This document shows, piece by piece, positions 27,541 to 37,373 of a stretch of 64,000 bases of DNA (the first letter of the stretch is position 1; each line of letters starts with the position of its first letter). Under the pieces are notes generated by a model that ran no database searches, was not told where the DNA came from, and worked only from the letters and a program-made list of their open reading frames with translations. Source of the DNA: Verrucomicrobiaceae bacterium (GTDB lineage: Bacteria > Verrucomicrobiota > Verrucomicrobiia > Verrucomicrobiales > Akkermansiaceae); NCBI GenBank assembly GCA_051252135.1, contig JBPOGH010000004.1:193591-257590 (forward strand), in the 5' to 3' direction. A program made the position numbers and the translations under genes.

Positions 27541-27696
27541 TTAGTCCTTCGTGATGGGCGACTGCACTTTGTAGCCCTCTTCACTCAGGATGTATCCGCC
27601 CGCAGCGCCCGCAGCAAGGGGGACACAGGAGGTGAGAGAGGAAAGTGCGATTCCAGAAAGAAGGACGAGAGATGCCAATTTAAGATGTTTTTTCAT
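27541..27696 (-). CDS. Small lipoprotein (51 aa), absent from the ORF track
   Basis: Hand translation MKKHLKLASLVLLSGIALSSLTSCVPLAAGAAGGYILSEEGYKVQSPITKD*; lipobox LTSC. Confidence 0.8.
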   Translation of the reverse strand: MKKHLKLASLVLLSGIALSSLTSCVPLAAGAAGGYILSEEGYKVQSPITKD

Positions 27697-27769
27697 AATG
27701 TTTGAGTCTGGATACACCATCTCTCTTGCGGGGAGTGTGCCAATTCCGGGGGGGGATTGCCGGATTTTT

Positions 27770-27950
27770 CCATGGCTTCGTCCCAGAAGCCTTTTTTGTC
27801 GGGATTGAGGGGAGAGATGACGAAGTCTCTTCCGGCTTCGATTTCCTTGGGCGGGCCGTGGGTTTTGACCATTTCGAGGTCATCGCCGCTATCGACCCCG
27901 CCATGGAGGAAGAGAAGGAGGGGCGGGGTTGGGCCTTTGTCGTTGGTGTT
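27770..27950 (-). pseudogene. Remnant of an alpha/beta-hydrolase (phospholipase/carboxylesterase or peptidase-like)
   Basis: PLLLFLHGG..SGDDLEMVKTHGPPKEIEAGRDF..SP...W resembles the family N-terminus. No nucleophile motif follows. Ends approximate. Confidence 0.6.
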
Positions 27951-28067
27951 TACTCCCGCCTTGCCTGAAGAGAAATTCCTTCGCAGCACTCATTGGGCAT
28001 TTTTCAGACGGCGTCTGAGGAGAATTAGGCGGTGGCATCTGCCGGGGATTGCGCTAGAATGGGGTTC

Positions 28068-28238
28068 ATGAAGGTTATCGTTTCCTTAATTTGCGCTGTG
28101 TCATTTTTGGTCTTGCCGTCCTGTGCGCCGGGTCAACCGCCGACAGCGGCCGAGAAAGGAGTGAGCGGAACGGTCAAAGGAGTGAACGAGGTGGGATACT
28201 TTGCGCGGAATGTTCAGGGCATCCGGAGTTTTTTTTAA
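28068..28238 (+). CDS. Small lipoprotein (56 aa)
   Basis: MKVIVSLICAVSFLVLPSC; lipobox LPSC. Confidence 0.7.
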   Translation: MKVIVSLICAVSFLVLPSCAPGQPPTAAEKGVSGTVKGVNEVGYFARNVQGIRSFF

Positions 28239-28278
28239 GGATTGGTGTTAGAAGTGATCTGAAGACACGTAACGGTTC

Positions 28279-29544
28279 TTGGTGAGAATCGTTATTTGTT
28301 TTTGTGTCCTCCTTGCGAGTGTGTTTTCGGTCGTTGGGGAGTCGAGGTATACGGAGGATTATCCGGAGGCGGGATCGAAGAAGGGGCTTCAGGTGGAGTT
28401 GGTGGGGGATGCGTTATCGCTGGGGGTGAAGCATGCGGCGCTGAATTTTAATTTGAGCCAGTTGGTGGATCCGAAGGGGGAGGCGGGGAACCCGAGCACG
28501 ACTTTGGGGGGGAAGGAGTATCATTTTCGGCAGGGGTATTTGGCGCAGATGGACCGGAAGATTAAGGCGCTTTCGGAACCCGGGGTGTTGGTGAATTTGA
28601 TTGTGCTGACGTATCAGTCGCATGATGCGGAGGTGAACCGGTTGATGCTGCACCCGAAGGCGGTGGAGGCGCCGCCGAACCGGCTTTGTAATTTCAACAC
28701 GGTGACTCCGGAGGGGAGGGCGTGGTTTCAGGCGGCGATGAATTTTGTGGCGGAGCGTTGGGCGCGGCCGGACCGGAAGTTTGGTCGGGTGGTGGGATAC
28801 GTGATCGGCAATGAGGTGAACTCCCACTGGTGGTGGAGCAATATGGGGCGGGTGACGATGGAGGAGTATACGCGGGATTATGAGCGGACGATGCGGCTGG
28901 CGTATCAAGCGGTGAGACGGGAGTCATCGTGGGCGCGAGTGTATGTTTCGATGGAGCATCATTGGACGAAGCGGTTTGCAGCGGGTGATGAGATGCAGGC
29001 GTTTCCGGGGCGGGATTTTCTGGGTCTGTTTGCGAAGTTGGTGCGGGAGAAGGGGGAGTTTCCGTGGCATGTGGCTTTTCATCCGTATCCGGAAAATTTG
29101 AGGAATCCGAGATTTTGGGAGGACAAGACGGCCACTGATGGGCCGGATACGCATCGGATCACGTTTAAGAATCCGGATGTGCTGGTGGATTATTTGAAGC
29201 GGCCGGAGATGACTTATCGGGGGACGCCGCGGCGGATTATTTTGAGTGAGCAGGGGTTTGATACTCCGAAGGGGCCGCAGGGGGAAGTGGTGCAGGCGGC
29301 GGCGTATTGCCTGGCGTATAAGACGGTGGAGTCGATGGAGGGGATTGACTCGTTTATTTTGCACCGGCATGTGGATCACAAGCAGGAGGGGGGATTACGG
29401 CTTGGGTTGCGGCGTTGGGATGCGGCGAAGACTCCGAAGAAAATCTATGAGGTGTTCAAGCTGGCGGATACGCCGGAGTGGGAGGAGGCGTTTCGGTTTG
29501 CGTTGCCGATTGTGGGGCGGGAGGATTGGGAGATGGGGAAATAA
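28279..29544 (+). CDS. DUF5722-like secreted clan GH-A glycoside hydrolase
   Basis: SKKGLQ, VIGNEVN, AFHPYP, IILSEQGF, FILHRHVDH. Confidence 0.8.
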   Translation: MVRIVICFCVLLASVFSVVGESRYTEDYPEAGSKKGLQVELVGDALSLGVKHAALNFNLSQLVDPKGEAGNPSTTLGGKEYHFRQGYLAQMDRKIKALSEPGVLVNLIVLTYQSHDAEVNRLMLHPKAVEAPPNRLCNFNTVTPEGRAWFQAAMNFVAERWARPDRKFGRVVGYVIGNEVNSHWWWSNMGRVTMEEYTRDYERTMRLAYQAVRRESSWARVYVSMEHHWTKRFAAGDEMQAFPGRDFLGLFAKLVREKGEFPWHVAFHPYPENLRNPRFWEDKTATDGPDTHRITFKNPDVLVDYLKRPEMTYRGTPRRIILSEQGFDTPKGPQGEVVQAAAYCLAYKTVESMEGIDSFILHRHVDHKQEGGLRLGLRRWDAAKTPKKIYEVFKLADTPEWEEAFRFALPIVGREDWEMGK

Positions 29545-29548
29545 AGGA

Positions 29549-29587
29549 GCGCCCGTCCCCGGGACTTTGAGTCCAGAGAACGGGCGC
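29549..29587. terminator. Hairpin between convergent genes
   Basis: GCGCCCGT...ACGGGCGC outer stem with inner GGAC/GTCC stem. Confidence 0.5.
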
Positions 29588-29620
29588 AGGTTGCCGTTTG
29601 GGGATTGTTTTTTTTACCGA

Positions 29621-30145
29621 TTAGCGGCGTGGGGGTCCGGGGGGGCGGCGGTCGTTTCCGCCACGTTCTCCGCCGCCGCCGCCGCCGCGTTGTCCGCCTT
29701 CGGGGGCCTGGATATCGGCTTCCTCGGAGGAGATTTTTCCGTTGTCGTCCTGATCAAGGGTGGCGAGTGAGGTGGCGGCGTTTTCGATTTCCTCTTGAGA
29801 AAGGGCGCCGTCGCCATCGGTATCGAGGGCGGTGAAGATGGTGGACTTGGGAGGTTCGGGGCGATCTCCGCTTTCCTCTTCCTGATCGCGGCTGCGCTTG
29901 CGACGGCGATCTTCTTTGGGGGGCTCGGGGCGGAGTTCGTCTTCGGTGAGTGAGCCGTCGTTATTTTCGTCGAGCTTGAGGAGGGCGCGTGAGGCACCGC
30001 GGATTTCGCGGGAGGAGAGTTGGTGGTCGTGGTCGCGATCGAGCATCATGACGACAGGATCGGGAGGAGGGCCTTCGGGGCGTTGGGCTGAGGCGGCGAG
30101 GGAGCCTCCGGCGAGGAGGGCGATGATGAGTTGGTTGGTTTTCAT
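29621..30145 (-). CDS. Secreted EF-hand protein (4 EF-loop motifs)
   Basis: DRDHDHQLSSRE, DENNDGSLTEDE, DTDGDGALSQEE, DQDDNGKISSEE; signal peptide. Confidence 0.9.
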   Translation of the reverse strand: MKTNQLIIALLAGGSLAASAQRPEGPPPDPVVMMLDRDHDHQLSSREIRGASRALLKLDENNDGSLTEDELRPEPPKEDRRRKRSRDQEEESGDRPEPPKSTIFTALDTDGDGALSQEEIENAATSLATLDQDDNGKISSEEADIQAPEGGQRGGGGGGERGGNDRRPPGPPRR

Positions 30146-30185
30146 AAGGTAATTTTTGGTTACGTTGAAGACGATGGCTGAGGGT

Positions 30186-30238
30186 TGTTAAGGGATGATG
30201 TTGGTTCAGGAGGTAATTTGTTAAGAGTTGGTTAAGGC
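30186..30238 (-). promoter_or_regulatory. Regulated promoter with GTTAAG-N5-GTTAAG direct repeat, shared with the YHYH gene
   Basis: 24/30 match to 63729-63758 at the same distance from the start codon. Confidence 0.65.
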
Positions 30239-30313
30239 GCAAACTGGTTCGATTTTGAATGATCGGGTGAGGGATGAAAGAATGCGGGGCGAGGTGGGGT
30301 AATGGAGGGCTAT

Positions 30314-31501
30314 ATGAAATCATCGCTAGTGATTCACGGGGTTTGGGCTGTTGTTGCCGTCGCTTCTTTTGCAGTGGGCTCCCAATTTTTTGACAAGGAA
30401 GCCGGTGATGTTGCCAGAGATGGTGAGGGAGGGGCGACGACGGGCCAGTCGGTTCGGGTTGCCTCCCGTGATGGAGATCGTGGGGAGGATTCGCGGGGAG
30501 GGGCCCGGAATCAGATGGGGAGTCGTGAGGGGAGTGTCGGGTATGTGCAGGCATCGGCGGCGGATATTGAGGCGATGGGGGCGGCCTTTAAGAACGGGAA
30601 GGGTCCGATTGAGCGTCGGTTGGCGTTTACGAAGATGCTGGAGGCGCTGACGCCGGAGAATGCGAAGGCGATGCGGGAGCAGATTTTACATTTATCGGAG
30701 CGGAGTGATGAGTGGCGCGAGTTTCACTATGCGTGGGGGGCGATTGCGGGAAGTGAGGCGGTGTTGCACGGGAAGGACAGTGAGGAGCGCGATATGTCAT
30801 CGACTTTTGCAGGGTGGGCCAGTGCGGATCCGGCGGCAGCGGTGGCTTGGTTCAACGGGCTGTCCGATGAGGAAAAGAATGACAACGATTTGAAATGGGG
30901 CGCGGCCTTTGGGTTGGCGGATACGGATCCGAATGCGGCGACGCAATTTGCGATGGAGAGGCAGGCGGCGGGTGACCGGGATGCGGGACGGATGATGGAT
31001 ATTGTGGCGCGGAATTTGATGCGCACGGGGGATTTTACGGAGGCGTTGAGTTGGTCGGAGAATTTGCCGAAGGGTGATTTGCAGGATGCGGCGGTGCGTC
31101 GGGTGGCGGATGAATTTGCGGAGGAGGATCCGGCGGGTGCGGTGAGTTGGTTGGAGCGCTTGCCCGAGGGATCGGCGCAGTCGCGGGGGATGGATGAAGC
31201 GTTTTCGGAGTGGGCCCGGGAGAATCCGGTGGCGGCGGCGGAGAAGCTGAATGAGATGCCGGTGTCCGCGGCGCGGGATGCGGCGATCAATGGTTATGCG
31301 GGCCGGTTGGCGTGGGAGGATACGGCAACGGCGCTTGAGTGGGCCGGTGCGGTGAATGATCCGAAGATGCGTGAGAATACCTTGGTGGAGGTGGGTCAGG
31401 CCTACTATCGCCGGAATCGTGAAGAAGCGGTGGCGTGGCTGCAGAGCAGCGGACTTTCCGAGGCGGCGCAGAAGCGGGTGACGGAGCGTCGTCGGCGTTA
31501 A
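30314..31501 (+). CDS. Membrane-anchored helical-repeat hypothetical protein (same repeat type as 18395-19750)
   Basis: WASADPAAAVAW, FAEEDPAGAVSW, WARENPVAAAE. Confidence 0.8.
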   Translation: MKSSLVIHGVWAVVAVASFAVGSQFFDKEAGDVARDGEGGATTGQSVRVASRDGDRGEDSRGGARNQMGSREGSVGYVQASAADIEAMGAAFKNGKGPIERRLAFTKMLEALTPENAKAMREQILHLSERSDEWREFHYAWGAIAGSEAVLHGKDSEERDMSSTFAGWASADPAAAVAWFNGLSDEEKNDNDLKWGAAFGLADTDPNAATQFAMERQAAGDRDAGRMMDIVARNLMRTGDFTEALSWSENLPKGDLQDAAVRRVADEFAEEDPAGAVSWLERLPEGSAQSRGMDEAFSEWARENPVAAAEKLNEMPVSAARDAAINGYAGRLAWEDTATALEWAGAVNDPKMRENTLVEVGQAYYRRNREEAVAWLQSSGLSEAAQKRVTERRRR

Positions 31502-32196
31502 GTTGCCTGATCGGTGGAGCGGAGGAGGATGTCGTTGATTTCGACACCCGGAGGGGCTGTGAGGATGTGGAGGGCGCTGGCGGCGATGTCGTGAGCGCCG
31601 AGCATGTTGACCTTGGCGCGGGTTTGGGCGAGTTGGTCTTCGCGGCCCTCGAAATATTTATCGAGGAGGGGGGTGTCGACGAAGCCGGGGGAGATGGAGG
31701 AGATGCGGGTGGCGGAGCCTTGTTGTTTGAGTTCGGCGCGGAGGGCCTCGGTGATGGCGCGGACGGCGAACTTGGTGGCGGCGTAGAATCCGCCGGTGGG
31801 CGGGACGCGGTGGCCGGACATGGAGGAGATGTTGAGGATGTGGCCGCCGGATGCGGGGAATTTTTTGAGGGCGAGCTGCGAGCAGAGTGAGAGGGCGTGG
31901 ACGTTGACCTGCCACATTTCCTGCCATTTGGCGGGATCGCCGGTGGTGATTTGGGCGAGGTAAGCGAGGCCGGCGTTGTTGACGAGGATGTCGAGCGAGT
32001 CGAGGGAAGCGAAGGCGGTTGCGATGGCTTCGGGTTCGGCGAGATCGCAGGCGAGGGGGGTGACGCCGGGGGGGAGTTGGTCGATGGAGCGGCAGAGGCC
32101 GATGACGTGGGCGCCTTTTTCGAGGAGGAGATGGGCGAGGGCTTTTCCGATGCCGGAGGAGGCACCGGTGATGAGGATGGATTTGCCGGAGAGCAT
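31498..32196 (-). CDS. Short-chain dehydrogenase/reductase
   Basis: ITGASSGIG, LVNNAG, YAATK. Confidence 0.95.
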   Translation of the reverse strand: MLSGKSILITGASSGIGKALAHLLLEKGAHVIGLCRSIDQLPPGVTPLACDLAEPEAIATAFASLDSLDILVNNAGLAYLAQITTGDPAKWQEMWQVNVHALSLCSQLALKKFPASGGHILNISSMSGHRVPPTGGFYAATKFAVRAITEALRAELKQQGSATRISSISPGFVDTPLLDKYFEGREDQLAQTRAKVNMLGAHDIAASALHILTAPPGVEINDILLRSTDQAT

Positions 32197-33734
32197 TAGA
32201 TTTGGTCTTCGAGGGCGGCGCGGAGGTCGTCGGCGGCGGAGGAGGCTTTCTTTTGGGTGGGCTCGTCGATGGTGAAGCCTTCGAAGCCGGAGTCGGGTTG
32301 TTTTTTTGGCTCGGCCGGAGTTTTGTCGGGTGCTTCAGCGGGTTCGTCGACTTCGTGCGGGAGTCGCGCGAGGGTGGAGATTTCGGCGGGTTCCTCGATG
32401 GTGATTTGGGACTCGGCGGCTTCGAGGGTTTCGAATTTTCGGGCGGAGGGGAGGACCATGCGGTCGAGGGAGCCGACGGCCTGGTTGTAGGACTTCATCG
32501 AGCTGTTGAGGGATTTTCCGACCTTGGAGAGGTGGCCGGCGAAGGTGGCGAGGCGTTTGTGGAGCTCGCGGCCGACCTCGCAGATTTTTTTGGCGTTTTC
32601 GGCGAGGGCTTCCTGTCGCCAGCCGTAGGCGACGGAGCGGAGGAGGGCGATGAGGGTGGTGGGGGTGGCGAGGATGACGTTCTGATCGACGCCTTGTTCG
32701 AGGAGGGTGGAGTCCTGGGTGAGGGCGGCGGAGAAGAAGGACTCGGAGGGGAGGAAGAGGACGACGAACTCGGGGGCGGGCTGGAACTGGGACTGGTAGT
32801 TCTTGGAGGCGAGTTGGCGGATGTGGGTGGAGACTTGGGCGGCGTGGCGCTTGAGGTGGGCGGCGCGCTCGTCATCGGAGTCGGCCTCGAGGGCATCGAG
32901 GTAGGCGGCCATGGGGGTTTTGGAGTCGACGACGATTTTTTTACCGCCGGGGAGATTGACGATGAGGTCGGGGCGGAGGCGTTTGCCGTCGGTATCGGTG
33001 GTGGAGGTCTGGGTGGTGAAGTCGCAGTGTTGTTGCATGCCGGCCATTTCGACGACGCGCTGGAGCTGCATTTCGCCCCATTGGCCGCGTCCGGTGGGTT
33101 GGCGGAGGGCTTTGACGAGCTGGGAGGTTTCCTTTTGGAGGCCGAGCTGGGAGGTGTGGAGCTGGGTGACCTGTTCCTTGAGGGTGGCGTAGGCGCCTTC
33201 GCGTGCTTTTTCGATCTCGCCGATGCGGCCCTGGATTTTTTCGAGGGAATCGGCGACGGGTTTGACGAGGTGTGCGACGGCTTGTTCGCGCTTGGCGAGC
33301 TCGCCCTGGGCCTGCTTTTGTTCGGTCTGGAAGGTGCTTTTGGCGAGGTGGAGGAATTGTTGTTGGGAGAGCTTGAGGGTGTCCGAGGAGAGGGCCTTGA
33401 AGGTGTCGGTGAAGCGTTGTTCGACGGTGTTGAGGAGATCGGTGGTTTCGAGGTGTCGGGTTTGCTGGGCCTGGACCTGGTGTTCGAGTTCGCCCTGGCG
33501 TTTGACGAGGATGGATTCGGCGTGGCGGAGTTCCTGGATTTCGTCCTTGAGGTTGGCTTCGGCGGCTTCGAGGTCGGCAATGGCCTTGGCGGCTGATTTT
33601 TCGCGTTCTTTGGCGGTAGCGTTGATCGAACTGAGCTTAATAAGGAGGATGAGCGAGGCGAGGAGGAAGCCTCCGACGGCACATGCGGTGGCGAGGATGA
33701 CTTCTGGTTGGGTGAGGGCGGCGGCTGGCATCAT
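32196..33734 (-). CDS. rmuC: DNA recombination protein RmuC
   Basis: RGQWGEMQL, RPDLIVNLPG, VVDSKTP, FVVLFLPSE, ATPTTLIALL. Confidence 0.95.
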   Translation of the reverse strand: MMPAAALTQPEVILATACAVGGFLLASLILLIKLSSINATAKEREKSAAKAIADLEAAEANLKDEIQELRHAESILVKRQGELEHQVQAQQTRHLETTDLLNTVEQRFTDTFKALSSDTLKLSQQQFLHLAKSTFQTEQKQAQGELAKREQAVAHLVKPVADSLEKIQGRIGEIEKAREGAYATLKEQVTQLHTSQLGLQKETSQLVKALRQPTGRGQWGEMQLQRVVEMAGMQQHCDFTTQTSTTDTDGKRLRPDLIVNLPGGKKIVVDSKTPMAAYLDALEADSDDERAAHLKRHAAQVSTHIRQLASKNYQSQFQPAPEFVVLFLPSESFFSAALTQDSTLLEQGVDQNVILATPTTLIALLRSVAYGWRQEALAENAKKICEVGRELHKRLATFAGHLSKVGKSLNSSMKSYNQAVGSLDRMVLPSARKFETLEAAESQITIEEPAEISTLARLPHEVDEPAEAPDKTPAEPKKQPDSGFEGFTIDEPTQKKASSAADDLRAALEDQI

Positions 33735-33843
33735 TAATCGACTCTTGCGGTTGTGAGCGGACGTGCTTTCTTAGCAGGAGAACGGCGCGAGGCAAAGGCC
33801 TCGTCTCGTGATGTCAGATAGAATCAACCGAACAAATAAGACC

Positions 33844-34458
33844 ATGTCCCATACACTTCCTGATCTTGGCTACGCCAACGACGCCCTCGAGCCGCACATT
33901 GATGCCCGCACGATGGAGATTCACCACGATAAGCACCACAATGCCTACGTGACCAATTTGAACGCTGCTCTTGAAAACCACGCTGATTTGGCGGGGCTTT
34001 CCCTGGAGGAGCTGCAGGCGAAAATCGCTGATATTCCGGCACTGCGTAATAACGGTGGTGGACATTACAATCACAGCCTTTTCTGGAAAGTGATTGCTCC
34101 GGGTGGGGCTTCCGCTCCTTCCGGTGAGTTGGCGGCGAAGATCGATGAGGCTTTTGGTTCGTTTGATTCCTTTAAAGAGGAATTTGCGAAGGCAGGTGCG
34201 ACCCGTTTTGGTTCCGGCTGGGCCTGGCTTGGGGTGAAGGGCGATGGATCGCTTGGCGTTTGCTCGACTCCCAATCAGGACAATCCGTTGATGGGTGAGG
34301 CTGCCGGAACGTGCGATTGCACGCCGATTCTGGGTCTCGACGTGTGGGAGCATGCCTACTACCTGAACTACCAGAACCGTCGTCCCGACTACATTTCCGC
34401 ATTTTGGAATGTGGTGAACTGGGATGTGGTGGCGGCCAATTACGAAGCCGCCAAGTAG
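33844..34458 (+). CDS. sodA: Superoxide dismutase (Mn-type signature)
   Basis: [35 protein letters not shown]. Confidence 0.93.
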   Translation: MSHTLPDLGYANDALEPHIDARTMEIHHDKHHNAYVTNLNAALENHADLAGLSLEELQAKIADIPALRNNGGGHYNHSLFWKVIAPGGASAPSGELAAKIDEAFGSFDSFKEEFAKAGATRFGSGWAWLGVKGDGSLGVCSTPNQDNPLMGEAAGTCDCTPILGLDVWEHAYYLNYQNRRPDYISAFWNVVNWDVVAANYEAAK

Positions 34459-34476
34459 GGGGTTGTTGTTTCAACG

Positions 34477-34512
34477 AGGCGCTTCGGAAGTCATTCCGGA
34501 GCGCCTTTTTTT
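34477..34512 (+). terminator. Intrinsic terminator after sodA
   Basis: AGGCGCTTCGGAA-GTCA-TTCCGGAGCGCCT followed by a T-tract. Confidence 0.85.
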
Positions 34513-34588
34513 ATGCCCCGGTGGGTTTGGAAGGGAGAAGCCGGATTTCCACTGGATGGACGGGGAAAGGGGTGGTAGGAGTTCCCTG

Positions 34589-35401
34589 ATGAAACTCCCT
34601 TTAATTCTTTTGTCTCTTTTTTCCCTCAATGCGGCTGCCGAATTGCCGATCATGACCGATTCCACGAAGTGGCTGGGGTATTTTGTGGCCTGGGAAGAGA
34701 AGACCTATGACTACGGTCTGGGTGATGACGGGAAGGTGAAGATGCACATTGTCAAAGGCAAGGAGCAGGTGGGGCACAAAGACATTACGATCAATTTTAA
34801 GATTCAGGAGGAGATCAAGGGCAAGTGGGTGACCCGGCAACCGCTGGAAGAAGGTGGTCTCACGACTGAGGCGAAGGCCGCCCTGAATCCCCGCGAGCCG
34901 GTGAAGGTGATCTTTACGGTGACGGGAGATACCAAGGTGGAGATCATCCAGGCGCTTTCACGCGGTCGGGTGATGATTAAGCCGAAATTTCTTGAGAAGA
35001 AGACCGAGAATCCGGTTCGGATCGTGGTGGCGGTGAGTGTGCCCGATCTTTACAAGATCAAGGAAGAGTTGGATGCGAGAGAGCTGAAGAAGAAGATTGG
35101 TTCCGATACGTTGGAGGCGAAGCGGGCGAAGGACGGGAAGAAGATCAAGGTGAAGCTTTATGAGACCGAGACGGACCTTTCGAGCGAGGAGTTGCTCGCG
35201 GAAGGCGCCCTTGAGATTTCGCTTAGCAACAAAGGAAACATGGGTTCCAAGGAGCTGAATATTGAGCAAGGTGGCGACAAGGTGGGGGTCTTCGAAGTGA
35301 AGACGGGCAAGAAGATTTATGAAGGGCTCAAGATCGATTGGATTCCCAATCCCGACAAGCTTGGCGAGAAGGATTGCTACATGAGCATCGCGATCGATTA
35401 A
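34589..35401 (+). CDS. Secreted Lys-rich hypothetical protein
   Basis: Signal peptide MKLPLILLSLFSLNAAA. Start reset downstream of the terminator. Confidence 0.8.
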   Translation: MKLPLILLSLFSLNAAAELPIMTDSTKWLGYFVAWEEKTYDYGLGDDGKVKMHIVKGKEQVGHKDITINFKIQEEIKGKWVTRQPLEEGGLTTEAKAALNPREPVKVIFTVTGDTKVEIIQALSRGRVMIKPKFLEKKTENPVRIVVAVSVPDLYKIKEELDARELKKKIGSDTLEAKRAKDGKKIKVKLYETETDLSSEELLAEGALEISLSNKGNMGSKELNIEQGGDKVGVFEVKTGKKIYEGLKIDWIPNPDKLGEKDCYMSIAID

Positions 35402-36279
35402 TTGGCGACCTCCGGAGAAATCACCGGGGTGTAGGCGGCTTTTGCGAGGACGCGGTAGAATTCGCCCTCGGGAATGAGGGTGGATTCGAAGTTATAAGGG
35501 GCCGAGGTGAAAATTTCGGTCTGACCGGCTACGTCTTCCCAGCTTTGGGTTCCCCGGTTGAACTTTTCGATGGAATAGTAGTTTCCGGCCTTGGGCGTGA
35601 ACCCGAGGTTGAAATTGCCCGCCACGGCGCTGGTGGTGATTTCCGGAGCTTCGGGAGTGGGGGTGAGGGAGAAATTGTCAATGAGGGGGGCCCAACCCTC
35701 GTCATTGGTGTTGGTGGGAAAGAAGCGGATGCCGATCTCGACGACGTTTGAGAGGATTTCCGGGGTGAGGTCGGCAGGGACGTAAATGTCCGAGCTGTTC
35801 CGGATGAACCAGGAGCCGCCGAAGGTTACGGGGATGAGCCACCAATCGCCATCGTAGGGGAGGAAGGAGGTGCCGGGGAAGTCGACGGAGTAGTAGTAGA
35901 CATTTTCGCCTCCGGCATTGGAGAGGAGAGCGATGTCGCAGAAATCGAGTTTTTCAGGTTCGGAGATGAAGACGTCGACTTCGACTCCTGCGATTTTGGC
36001 GGCGTGGTAGTCGCCGACGAATGCGCCCTCGGCGACGAGGTCATCAGCGAAGAACCAAAGTCCCTGATCGTAGACGCCGGGGGATTCGGGATTTTCGGCA
36101 AAGGCGGATCCGGCGTAGGGGTCATCACCATCAACCCAGTTGGGGGCGTAGGTGATGCCGTCGGCGAAATCGAAGAGTCCCCATGCGGAGGCGTTGGTTT
36201 CGGTCGGGAATTCTTCCTTGGCGCCGGGGGTGACGGCATGAAGGGAGAGGGGAGCGAGGAGAGCACAAATTTTCCACAT
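35398..36279 (-). CDS. Secreted acidic hypothetical protein with verrucomicrobial-type C-terminal domain
   Basis: Signal MWKICALLAPLSLHA. C-terminus YSIEK...SW...EFYRVLA. Confidence 0.78.
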   Translation of the reverse strand: MWKICALLAPLSLHAVTPGAKEEFPTETNASAWGLFDFADGITYAPNWVDGDDPYAGSAFAENPESPGVYDQGLWFFADDLVAEGAFVGDYHAAKIAGVEVDVFISEPEKLDFCDIALLSNAGGENVYYYSVDFPGTSFLPYDGDWWLIPVTFGGSWFIRNSSDIYVPADLTPEILSNVVEIGIRFFPTNTNDEGWAPLIDNFSLTPTPEAPEITTSAVAGNFNLGFTPKAGNYYSIEKFNRGTQSWEDVAGQTEIFTSAPYNFESTLIPEGEFYRVLAKAAYTPVISPEVAN

Positions 36280-36315
36280 GGTGTGATGCTTGGACGTAGG
36301 GAAGGGGCTCATTAT

Positions 36316-37341
36316 TCAGCGTTGCTTGCCTTCGAAGATGGACTGCAGGTGGGTGCGGGTGAGTTGGCCCATGGTTTCGCAGGTGTCAAAGGCGTGGGAG
36401 CCGTAGCGCTCGGTGAAGGCGGCGCGCAGGGAGACGACGTGATCATAGGGAGCGAGGACTTCGCCATCCATGACAGAAAGGAGGTCCTCAAGGCGGGAGA
36501 GCTCGGACTTGGCGCGGCGGGACATTTGGGAGACTTCTTCGGCGCGGTACTGGAGAATCGTTTGGTCGTTGAGGTGGCTGCGGACGAGGTCTTCGACGGG
36601 TTTGTTATCGGGGAAGAGGTGGGCGCGGTAGATTTGGAGTTGGCCCTCGTAGGATTGTTGGTCGAAGTCGATGGGGCGGACGCGGTATTGGACTTCCTCG
36701 AAGTCGGGGGTGATATCGACGACGTAGTTGACGGTGCGCATGTCACCGAGGAGGCGGAGGAAGCATCGTTCACCGAATTTGACGAACTCTTTGGCGACGC
36801 GAACGGTGTTGAGGACGGGATCGGGGAGGTAGTCGCGGATGAAGACGTCTCCGGGGACTCCGGCGATGTGTTCCTCGATGAGGGTGTTGCCGTTGACGAG
36901 GTAGTTGATGCGGTTGGGGGAGAGGGTGTGTTCGAGCTCGAGGCCGTAGAGGCGGGAGCTATCGGCGTGTTTGACGTAGTAGTAGTCCGAGTTGCCGTTG
37001 AAGAGATTGGTGATGCGGATGCGGAAGGGGCGGGAGTTGCCGAAGACTCCGAAGTCGATGCGGTCAACGGTGAGGTGATCAGTCATGGAGAGATCACCGC
37101 CGATTTTGAGGGTGGCGTAGATGCCGGTGAGTTTGGGGCGGAGTTCCTCCATGACATCCTGGGGGTACATGACCTCGAGCCAGAGGGTTTCCTCGCCGGA
37201 GGGATTCTCGTAGGGGATGGAGCCGGAGAAGCGGAGGAGGTCGTCGTAGACGAGGGGGATGTCCGAGTTGCGTCCGTAGTGGTTCAGATAGGCGCGCATG
37301 CCTTCTGAAACGGGGTAGAAGATCTTGCGGCGTGAAATCAC
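36316..37341 (-). CDS. Hypothetical protein with possible atypical (PI3K/HipA-like) kinase fold
   Basis: YYVK, LIEEHIAG, LLGDMRTVNY, RPIDFD. GTG start at 37341 chosen to avoid overlap. Confidence 0.75.
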   Translation of the reverse strand: MISRRKIFYPVSEGMRAYLNHYGRNSDIPLVYDDLLRFSGSIPYENPSGEETLWLEVMYPQDVMEELRPKLTGIYATLKIGGDLSMTDHLTVDRIDFGVFGNSRPFRIRITNLFNGNSDYYYVKHADSSRLYGLELEHTLSPNRINYLVNGNTLIEEHIAGVPGDVFIRDYLPDPVLNTVRVAKEFVKFGERCFLRLLGDMRTVNYVVDITPDFEEVQYRVRPIDFDQQSYEGQLQIYRAHLFPDNKPVEDLVRSHLNDQTILQYRAEEVSQMSRRAKSELSRLEDLLSVMDGEVLAPYDHVVSLRAAFTERYGSHAFDTCETMGQLTRTHLQSIFEGKQR

Positions 37342-37373
37342 GACGCGAGTGTGGGTGAAAAGAGGGGGTCCGT

